Part shown: positions 7,144-14,606 of the stretch, in pieces
Layout of the letters: each line of letters opens with the position of its first letter
Position numbering within the stretch: the first letter of the stretch is position 1
Source: Promethearchaeota archaeon
GTDB lineage: Archaea; Asgardarchaeota; Hermodarchaeia; Hermodarchaeales; Hermodarchaeaceae
Reading direction: 5' to 3'
NCBI GenBank assembly: GCA_048939245.1
Contig: JBHLPR010000036.1
Coordinates: 1 to 20,844, forward strand
DNA: 20,844 bases
Translations under genes and position numbers: made by a program
Notes under the pieces: generated by a model
The model's database searches: none
What the model was told of the DNA's origin: nothing
Seen by the model: only the letters and a program-made list of their open reading frames with translations

Positions 7144-7875
7144 GTGATGGTTGGTGAGTTGGGATTGAAAGAAGACGCGTTCCGGAAGTTTTTGAAACAG
7201 GGCGGAAGAAAGCCGCATACTGTTGATGGTGTGGTTAAAATTGTCCGTAGGTATGAAGCCTATCTTCAGAAATATGCGGACGGCAAGAATATTAACCAGA
7301 CGACGCCCGAGGATTTGGAGAGGTATCTTGACTGGTTTGAAAAAGAAGAGAATACTCCAACTAATAGGCAATTGTGGGGAATTCGGTATTACTACCGGTT
7401 TTTAGGAAATCGCCTAATGACGCGCTACGCATCTGAATTGCGTGAGGAACGAACGGCCAAAACCCGGAAAGCCTTTCAGTTACGTGATTTCAAGGGAGTT
7501 AATCTTGACTGTGTTTCAAAGCTTGAGGAGGCAGGAATTCGTGATGTCGAACAGATGCGGAAACGTGGTGCTACTCCGGCGCAACGACATGAATTGACAG
7601 CAGAGCTGGGGGTTCCGGAAGAGGCTATTTTGGAATTGGTGAAGTTATCGGATTTAGCGCGTATCCCAGGGGTTAAGGCAATCCGTGCGCGGTTATACTA
7701 TGATGCGGGTGTTGATACGTTGGAGAAAATGGCAAGATGGGATCCTGAAGCACTTCGATTGATGCTCATTGAGTTTGTGGAGAAAACCGGGTTTGATGGG
7801 ATTGCTCCACTTCCGAAGGAGGCAGCAAATTCTGTGAAGGTTGCCAGTGAGCTTCCCAAAGTTGTTGAGTTTTAA
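7144..7875 (+). CDS. Phage-integrase N-terminal (SAM-like) domain fused to a DUF4332/HhH domain
   Basis: N-half FRKFLKQGGRKPHTV...Y..YL.....I...TPEDLERYL...TNRQLWGIRYYYRFL fits the tyrosine-recombinase core-binding pattern. C-half L..FKGV....KLEEAGI...LVKLSDLARIPGVKAIRARLYYDAGVDTLEKMA fits DUF4332. Confidence 0.75.
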   Translation: MMVGELGLKEDAFRKFLKQGGRKPHTVDGVVKIVRRYEAYLQKYADGKNINQTTPEDLERYLDWFEKEENTPTNRQLWGIRYYYRFLGNRLMTRYASELREERTAKTRKAFQLRDFKGVNLDCVSKLEEAGIRDVEQMRKRGATPAQRHELTAELGVPEEAILELVKLSDLARIPGVKAIRARLYYDAGVDTLEKMARWDPEALRLMLIEFVEKTGFDGIAPLPKEAANSVKVASELPKVVEF

Positions 7876-7882
7876 TTAAGAG

Positions 7883-9013
7883 TTAGGCGAGTTTGGCTTT
7901 TCGCCTTCGATACAGCAGAACTGCAGAGGTAATAATGACACTTGTTATGATGATGCCTCCTGCGGCTACAATGAGATAGATTGCCAATGGTGGGGGTTGG
8001 GAATTGAAGAAATCAGTAATAGGAAGTTTTCGATAGCTGAGGTTCCCGTCATCAGCAAAGGCATGGTATAAACTGAGCGCTTCAGTGTATCCGGAGCTTC
8101 CGGGTTGGACGGCAGCTAGCTCTGCGTCAAGGTTCAATGTAATGCCATTCGTGTAGTCTCGATCATACCACAGATGGATGTCCCGGGTTACACAGTCGAA
8201 TACATTGCTGTATTTGGTGGCATAGGTTCCGTCTTGGTGTACCGCATCAAGGATATCGCGACAAGCATGAGGAGTAAGTGTAGATTCTGAAGAAATGCTA
8301 AGTAGCATGGTTATTGCTGTGCTGTAGCGCCAGCAGTCATAAACATCACGGGCGGGATCAGCGACATTGATATTCGCGGATACCAGACAAGGATTAGCCC
8401 CGATACGAGTAAATGCGAGCTCTTGGTTGGGACCTGCACTAATTACAACAGCATCACCGGTTGCATCAGCATAATGTAGTTGATAGTTCATCTGAGTTCC
8501 AAGTTGATGATTCTGAAACCAGGTAACCACGTCCTCTACTGTTGCACATTCCCAAAGCACCTGCGCCATGAGCGAACAATACACTGAATCTCGTTCAGGA
8601 TGGGGATTTAATGAATACATGCTTAGCCCATTGCCATCCATACACAGTCCCTGGTCGTTCATTCCACCTTGTGGGTATCCGTCCACCAAATCATCATCAT
8701 TATTATCAAACCCAAAAAAAACCGCCCCATAGGTGGAGTGGCTCGATGATGGTGTCCAAATAGTTTGAGCGGGGACAAACCAGAGATAAATTCCCCATAA
8801 TCGGTAGTCCTCATTATTACCAAAAAACACCTTATTTCCACGTGTGATAGTGAAGATAGTACACGAATCACCAATATGAGGAGTCAAATTTCTAGAAAGT
8901 GAGGTGTTTGTAATTAATGAAGTGCTTCCGAGGCCAAATGCAAGAAGCCAAAGAACCAGGATGGTTAAACCAATCTTTCTGTAGTATGGATGAAAAAGGG
9001 CGAACTGCGACAC
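7883..9013 (-). CDS. Membrane-anchored extracellular Ntn (N-terminal Cys nucleophile) hydrolase, choloylglycine hydrolase/C45-like
   Basis: Signal/TM segment, then SCTIF...FFGNNED, GGMNDQGL, QLHYADATGDAVVI; C-terminal TM followed by YRRRKAK. Confidence 0.8.
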   Translation of the reverse strand: MSQFALFHPYYRKIGLTILVLWLLAFGLGSTSLITNTSLSRNLTPHIGDSCTIFTITRGNKVFFGNNEDYRLWGIYLWFVPAQTIWTPSSSHSTYGAVFFGFDNNDDDLVDGYPQGGMNDQGLCMDGNGLSMYSLNPHPERDSVYCSLMAQVLWECATVEDVVTWFQNHQLGTQMNYQLHYADATGDAVVISAGPNQELAFTRIGANPCLVSANINVADPARDVYDCWRYSTAITMLLSISSESTLTPHACRDILDAVHQDGTYATKYSNVFDCVTRDIHLWYDRDYTNGITLNLDAELAAVQPGSSGYTEALSLYHAFADDGNLSYRKLPITDFFNSQPPPLAIYLIVAAGGIIITSVIITSAVLLYRRRKAKLA

Positions 9014-9141
9014 CTTTGTTCACTTCGCATACCTAAAGAAATCAGATTTAAAATGATATGGGAGGAGCAAGGCGAGCAAGCAGGGGCGTTAACTATGAAA
9101 ATAAAAAGAAGCGATGGTTAATCAATATGGAGGAATACATT

Positions 9142-9837
9142 GTGTCACTTCGAAATCACACAATAGCAATTGTTGCCATCGTAGTAGGCATCATTTTGAT
9201 CTGCGTCGGCATTGCTGCCTTCTATCTTTTGAATCCTTTGATCGCGTCTATTGTTGGATCGGGGCTTATTGTACTGGGGGCTCTCATACTCATTGGGGGA
9301 ATAGTAATTAGATATTTGGTTCGAGATGTGAAAGGAGTCAAGGCTGTTCCAACCTCTGAAGAAACCAAAGCAGAAGAAGGCGTTTTTGGCCCTGAAAAAT
9401 TCGTTCCCGAAGTGTTGCTGCCCAAACCAGGAAGGAAACAATTACCCGTAAGTACCATTGAGGGAATTGGGGAAATCTATTCCAAGCAATTGGAGAAGGG
9501 TGGTATTCAATTCGTGGAAGATCTTGCTTTGACAACACCTGAAACCGTTGGTAGACTGACTGATGTCAAATTCGGGATTGCCCAAAAATGGATTGCCATG
9601 GCTCGATTGACCTGGTTAGACGATGTTTCCAATGAAGATGCGGAATGCATTGTCTTAGGAGCAAATATCACCAGTATTGAAGGACTAGCTGTCGCTAACC
9701 CGGACAAGCTTTATAGCAAAGTTTCAACAGCGGAAAAGTTCGGTCGGGTACAAGTCCCAGAAGGTTACACGATCACGAAAGACAAAGTGAAGAAATGGAT
9801 TGAAAGTGCGAAGAAAGAACTGCCTGAATCGATGTGA
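9142..9837 (+). CDS. Two-TM membrane protein with a C-terminal DUF4332/tandem HhH domain
   Basis: TM hairpin followed by IEGIGEIYSKQLEKGGI...KWIAMARLTWLDDVSNEDAECIVLGANITSIEGLA...VKKWIESAK. GTG 9142 follows GGAGG at 9129-9133; ATG 9127 is an alternative and the track start at 9058 is probably too long. Confidence 0.75.
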   Translation: MSLRNHTIAIVAIVVGIILICVGIAAFYLLNPLIASIVGSGLIVLGALILIGGIVIRYLVRDVKGVKAVPTSEETKAEEGVFGPEKFVPEVLLPKPGRKQLPVSTIEGIGEIYSKQLEKGGIQFVEDLALTTPETVGRLTDVKFGIAQKWIAMARLTWLDDVSNEDAECIVLGANITSIEGLAVANPDKLYSKVSTAEKFGRVQVPEGYTITKDKVKKWIESAKKELPESM

Positions 9838-9912
9838 CTATCAGTTAATGGTGGCATATATCGGGGCTTTATGTAGATTTAAGGCACTGCATTCTTTTTT
9901 CAGACAAATTTG

Positions 9913-10719
9913 TTATGCTTCAGGTTTTACAGCTTTGACACTCCAACTAAGAGGTAGCAAATCACCATCTAGGTGCCATTCCCCTTGCTGGTTTTTCTTT
10001 GCAAGAGGGCAAGGTTTCCAGGGCAAATGGGGAAATTCTTGGATTTCGGTGATAACAAGTCCAGCTTGTATTAATGCATTGAGAACATCGCTAACCGTAT
10101 GGTTCCACTCATAGCCTTTCGTATTCGTTAATTTCGCGTCGACATCCACATAGGTACCGTCTTCATCATAACTGAGTGGTTCTTTGGAGTGCCAGTAGGG
10201 ATATTTAATTTGGAGCGTGTCGGGATGATCGTTATCAACAACCCAAAAGAACGGATGACCTTCAACTAGTAAGAACATACCACCAGGCTTCAAGAAGTGA
10301 GCGATGATATGGGCCCATGTCTTGATGTCGGCAAGCCAACAGAGTACTCCGAAACTCGTGAAGACAATGTCATATTCCCCTTCTAGCACGTCGGTGAGAT
10401 CATAGATATTGCTACAGATGAAATTTGCATCAACTTCAACTTGCTGCGCGAGCGCCTGAGCGAATTCAATTGCCTTATCGCTAAAATCTACACCAGTTGC
10501 TTGTGCCCCAAGACGGGCTAGGCTAAGGGTGTCGAGTCCAAAGTGGCATTGTAGGTGAAGTAAGGATTTACCAGATAAATTGCCTAACGCGTCAAGTTCT
10601 ACTTGGTGTAAGCTAGTGTTACCAGCAAGAAATCCTTTAAGATCATACTCATCAGACTTCGCATGAATAGCAACCAGTTCATTCCATCGTCGTTTATTTA
10701 CTTCGTAATAGTCATCCAT
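9913..10719 (-). CDS. Class I SAM-dependent methyltransferase
   Basis: LLHLQCHFGLDTLSLARLGAQATGVDFS (motif I variant), YDIVFTSFGVLCWL, FLKPGG; RBS GGAGG. Confidence 0.9.
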   Translation of the reverse strand: MDDYYEVNKRRWNELVAIHAKSDEYDLKGFLAGNTSLHQVELDALGNLSGKSLLHLQCHFGLDTLSLARLGAQATGVDFSDKAIEFAQALAQQVEVDANFICSNIYDLTDVLEGEYDIVFTSFGVLCWLADIKTWAHIIAHFLKPGGMFLLVEGHPFFWVVDNDHPDTLQIKYPYWHSKEPLSYDEDGTYVDVDAKLTNTKGYEWNHTVSDVLNALIQAGLVITEIQEFPHLPWKPCPLAKKNQQGEWHLDGDLLPLSWSVKAVKPEA

Positions 10720-10800
10720 GGAGCTGCCGACCTCCGTAAACCTCGTAGAAATGTAAAAGTCAATTTATATGTACCGGAAGCAGCCCTGAACTATACGTAG

Positions 10801-12510
10801 TTAAGGGGCATCCCACTTTCCTACTTTCCGAAGTTTTTCAGCAATTTCTTTTCCATTTGTCTGGAGAATCATGTAATCAGTTTTTCCAACACGCGTAAGC
10901 GGGATTTCACCGGATTCTAAGATTTCAAAATGGCTGGGGCGTTTATACGCAGCAATGTCTTTCACTGCAATTTCCAATTCCTCAATTGATAGAGATTTGA
11001 CACCTTTGGCTTTCTCGACAAAGGCCATGACGCCTTCAGTGAACACATCATGAGGAACCCCAACAACCGCGACGGTTCCGACTTTGCCCTTCATCGCTCG
11101 CTCAATTTGGTCCTCGACTTCGGTGGGAAAGACATTGTAGCCCTTCGGTTTAATGAGAAACTTGGAACGTCCCGCAAAATGGAGACCTTGATCATCATAA
11201 GAGCCTAAATCACCAGTGTAGCAGAAGCCATCGCTGGATACGGTTTTTTTAGTGCTTTCTTCATCCCCATAATAACCGAGGAACACTTGTGGACCAGAAA
11301 ACGTAATCTCACCCACTTCACCTGCTGGTTTTTCATTTCCAGCTTTGCCATTGGCCGTCATCGGGTCACGGATTGAGATTGGACTGATAGGCAGATGATA
11401 ACCAACGCTTGCAACAATGTCATCAACGGAAGCATCAGGGTTTGTATAGGTGATGAAGCCCGCACTTTCGGTTAATCCAAACCCCGAGCCGATTCGCGGG
11501 GCCATTGTGGCGAGTTGTTCTAAGAAAGGTTTAGTCACCGCTTGTCCAGCATATATCGCGAATTTCAGGCTAGATAGATCATAGTCTTGGTAATTGGGGA
11601 GCCGCCATTGCATAGCATAAAGTGCAGGGATTTGCCCGAGAACTGTGACTTTGTATTTTTGTACCGCATCGAGGGTCTTTTCTGCGTCAAAAACGTGGAG
11701 GATGATAGATGTCCCGCCTTGGTAGATAGTGGTTGCTAATTGTTCTGTGACACAGCCCACATGACTTGGTGGAAGATTGACACACATCACATCTTCAGGT
11801 AGCATGTCAAAGCCCACGGTTAAACCGATGTTTTGAACTAGGATATTCTCATGGTTGAGGGCTGCGGCTTTGGGATACCCTGTCGAACCGGTGGTGAAGA
11901 TGATGAGGCAGGGATCATGTGTTTCAACGGCTTCTTGGGCCTTCTCGACGACTCCTGAGGAAAAAGATTTCATGAAAATCTCGGTGACATCCTTGGTGAA
12001 GCCCCCGATGCTAACAGCCCCATCCATAATCAGGTTTTCTTCTTGTTGGAATTGTACCCAGAAGTTGGTGGTCTTTTTATGCTTCTTCATCACTTCTGCG
12101 ACTATTGGTCGAAAATCAATACGTTCGGTTTTCCCCAAGAAGAAATAGGCCTTGGGATGGATTTTATCGAAGTTGCGGATAATCTCTTGGGCTTTCAGGC
12201 GTAAATCCAGTGGCGCAAAGATCACTCCAATTCGGTAACAGGCATACATCAGGTAGATGTGTTCTTTCAGTAATGGAAGAGATGTGGCAACGATATCACC
12301 TTTTTTGAATCCGATATCGAGAAGTTTGGCAGCAAGTGCCTTGGAGGACATCATGAATTCGGTCCAGTTCACTTCTTTGCCAGTATCATATTCAATTAGT
12401 GCCCAGGCATCGCCTTTCTCCGCCGCATATTTGTCAACATAATCAAAGAGTCGGGGAAGCAACGTCTTATACCGTTGTTGAGCTTCTTCATCTTTTACAG
12501 AGTCGTGCAA
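10801..12510 (-). CDS. Acyl-CoA synthetase / class I adenylate-forming enzyme
   Basis: P-loop IIFTTGSTGYPK, GFGLTE, TGDLG, GRSKFLIKPKGYNVFPTEVE, A10 lysine in PLTRVGK; TTG start after RBS AGGTGAG. Confidence 0.92.
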   Translation of the reverse strand: MHDSVKDEEAQQRYKTLLPRLFDYVDKYAAEKGDAWALIEYDTGKEVNWTEFMMSSKALAAKLLDIGFKKGDIVATSLPLLKEHIYLMYACYRIGVIFAPLDLRLKAQEIIRNFDKIHPKAYFFLGKTERIDFRPIVAEVMKKHKKTTNFWVQFQQEENLIMDGAVSIGGFTKDVTEIFMKSFSSGVVEKAQEAVETHDPCLIIFTTGSTGYPKAAALNHENILVQNIGLTVGFDMLPEDVMCVNLPPSHVGCVTEQLATTIYQGGTSIILHVFDAEKTLDAVQKYKVTVLGQIPALYAMQWRLPNYQDYDLSSLKFAIYAGQAVTKPFLEQLATMAPRIGSGFGLTESAGFITYTNPDASVDDIVASVGYHLPISPISIRDPMTANGKAGNEKPAGEVGEITFSGPQVFLGYYGDEESTKKTVSSDGFCYTGDLGSYDDQGLHFAGRSKFLIKPKGYNVFPTEVEDQIERAMKGKVGTVAVVGVPHDVFTEGVMAFVEKAKGVKSLSIEELEIAVKDIAAYKRPSHFEILESGEIPLTRVGKTDYMILQTNGKEIAEKLRKVGKWDAP

Positions 12511-12576
12511 TTTCTCTCACCTATCAACCACAAAATGGGGAATAGTTCCTTATGGAGTGAAGAGATGCTAAATACC

Positions 12577-13395
12577 TTATTTTCCCAGTGCATTTTGATA
12601 ATCTTCTAACAACTGATCAGGATTTCCCTTCAATTGATAGTCGATGTTGAATTGTTTTGCAATCTTTTTAATGGCTTGATCTTCTGATTTCCAATCATAA
12701 AAATCCGTTAAATGAGATTCCAGTTCTAATACTTCAGAATAGGTCAAATCTAGCGCATTGGATGCAGCCAATTTAATTCCCTTTATCACCGCAGTATTTT
12801 TTGTAGCAAATATCTTGGCGATTTCCTTTGCTCGTGTATTTATCATAGTGTGTTCAGTGATAATCTCATCGACAAGATTTGCTTGGAAACTCTCTTCCGC
12901 TGAGAGGGGTTCAGCCAGCATGAAGATGCGTTTTGTCCAAGAGGGACCACAGACTCGGGTAAAGATGGCCATGGCAGTTCCGCCAGGAAATACGGGGATG
13001 TTAATTTCTGGCATTCGGATGAATGCTTTTTCATGGATAAGGCGATAGTCCGCTGCGGCTGCAAAAAGACCGCCCATTCCCATAGCGCGTCCATTAATGG
13101 CGATTACTGTCGGTTTGCCATAGAACATTAGGGTGGCAATGTCACCAGCCGTGTTCGCGATGTTGACAATAGCCTGGGTCCCTAAGGGGGCAGCTGCAGT
13201 GATATCGATTCCTGTTGTGAAATCACGAGTACCTGCACCCGTCAAGATGATTGCCTTAATCGTTGGTTTTGATTGTGCTTCGAGGAAAGCCTGGCGGAGC
13301 GCTACAATGGTCAGAGGATCCAAACTATTCGCCCGATCTGGACGGTTTAGTGTAAGCACGAGGATGTGCTCGTCTTCTTGTTTTTGAAGACTCAT
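12577..13395 (-). CDS. Enoyl-CoA hydratase/isomerase (crotonase) family protein
   Basis: LTLNRPDRANSL, ILTGAG..FTTGIDI, KPTVIAINGRAMGMG, MPEINI..FPG. ATG 13395 is preferred because it avoids overlap with dinB and has GAGGG upstream. Confidence 0.9.
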   Translation of the reverse strand: MSLQKQEDEHILVLTLNRPDRANSLDPLTIVALRQAFLEAQSKPTIKAIILTGAGTRDFTTGIDITAAAPLGTQAIVNIANTAGDIATLMFYGKPTVIAINGRAMGMGGLFAAAADYRLIHEKAFIRMPEINIPVFPGGTAMAIFTRVCGPSWTKRIFMLAEPLSAEESFQANLVDEIITEHTMINTRAKEIAKIFATKNTAVIKGIKLAASNALDLTYSEVLELESHLTDFYDWKSEDQAIKKIAKQFNIDYQLKGNPDQLLEDYQNALGK

Positions 13396-13415
13396 GGTGT
13401 TTCTTCCCTCTGAAA

Positions 13416-13937
13416 TCACTCCCATTTAATCCTCTCATTGCCCAAAGCGCGGAGCTCCATAGTCAATTCGCCCAAATGAAAAGTATTATGTCGCAGCAGA
13501 TATTGTAATTTTTCCAGAATCGAAGAAAACCAGTGAAATCCATCCGTTTTTAGCAGCTTTTCATCGGAAACGCCTTTGAGATAACTTTCAATGTAATGTT
13601 CAATATCATCCAGGTAAACAAGCATATCACCTTTAACGACTTTTTCAGCTGCTTCTTTATGCGAAATTTTATCCCACCAATTCAATTCGCCAAGGCGAGC
13701 TCCCCATTGAAACCCTTCATGTGTATCACGGGCATAGAATTCAGCAGTTTCAATGATATGATAGACCCGCAGTGAATAGAACCATTCGGGATCAGTTTCA
13801 ACACCTTGGGTCCAATCCGCATCTGGAATTACCTCGATGGCCTGTCGGGTCATCGTCCACATTGCCTGAAATTGGCGAGCTAAACCAAAAGCGAATGGGC
13901 TTTTGAAGTTGGTCTTGTTAAGTTTTGACATTATCAT
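13416..13937 (-). CDS. DinB/YfiT-like (DinB_2) metal-dependent protein
   Basis: His triad pattern YHII...LRHNTFHLGEL in a four-helix bundle of typical size. Confidence 0.8.
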   Translation of the reverse strand: MIMSKLNKTNFKSPFAFGLARQFQAMWTMTRQAIEVIPDADWTQGVETDPEWFYSLRVYHIIETAEFYARDTHEGFQWGARLGELNWWDKISHKEAAEKVVKGDMLVYLDDIEHYIESYLKGVSDEKLLKTDGFHWFSSILEKLQYLLRHNTFHLGELTMELRALGNERIKWE

Positions 13938-14007
13938 CCCTTGAAGAGTATTGGTATTCGAATTCTTTTAAATCTTGAAAGACAAGAACAGATCGGACGA
14001 ATCCTCT

Positions 14008-14532
14008 ATGTCGTTGAAAGGGCACTTATTAGCCATCTTGCTTCTTCCAGTCACTGTCATCCTTGGTGTTCCATTTCTTTTGCTCGTATTTTCCGTATGG
14101 ATTGGAATTCCGTGGCTGTTTATCTACCCCATCACGTTTTGGACCTTCATTGTTGGGATCATCTTCATAGGATTTGGGGTATATGTTCTGTACAAAACCA
14201 ACCGCGTTTTTGTCCAAGTGGGAAAAGGTACTCTTTCCCCATGGGCGCCTACCCAACGGTTTGTGGCAGTAGGACTTTATCGATATGTACGAAATCCAAT
14301 GATAATTGGAGTGCTTCTCACTGTACTTGGAGAAGCAATTTTTGTTGGATCTACTCTCATCTTTCTGTGGTTTGTCTTGTTTTGGATGACGAATCATATC
14401 TGGTTTGTCCGATGGGAAGAACCCGACCTTGAACGACGCTTCGGTGATGTATATTGTGAATATAAGACCAATGTTCCACGATGGATTCCTCGTCGAACCC
14501 CTTGGAGCCCAGATAGTACTCGGAATGAGTAA
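14008..14532 (+). CDS. ICMT/PEMT-family membrane methyltransferase, paralog 3
   Basis: GKGTLSPWAPTQRFVAVGLYRYVRNPMIIG...EEPDLERRFGDVYCEYKTNVPRWIPR. ATG 14008 is preferred over TTG 13975, which abuts the TATA element. Confidence 0.9.
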   Translation: MSLKGHLLAILLLPVTVILGVPFLLLVFSVWIGIPWLFIYPITFWTFIVGIIFIGFGVYVLYKTNRVFVQVGKGTLSPWAPTQRFVAVGLYRYVRNPMIIGVLLTVLGEAIFVGSTLIFLWFVLFWMTNHIWFVRWEEPDLERRFGDVYCEYKTNVPRWIPRRTPWSPDSTRNE

Positions 14533-14606
14533 TTGTTGATAAACTGAAAATGAGCTAATTATTTCATCCAAATCGCGAATCTGACTCTAGTAGCAGAATA
14601 ACAGGT

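Noticed and set aside
7144-7875. Integrase or mobile element
   Set aside because: No catalytic tyrosine-recombinase domain, att repeats, tRNA target or other mobile genes.
9835-9847. TGACTATCAGTTA, resembling the TetR operator
   Set aside because: The spacing is one base short, and it sits at a stop codon between convergent genes rather than at a promoter.
13941-14571. Two long alternative ORFs (163 aa on +, 180 aa on -) over ICMT paralog 3
   Set aside because: No recognisable motifs or RBS; shadow frames of a hydrophobic gene with clear family motifs.
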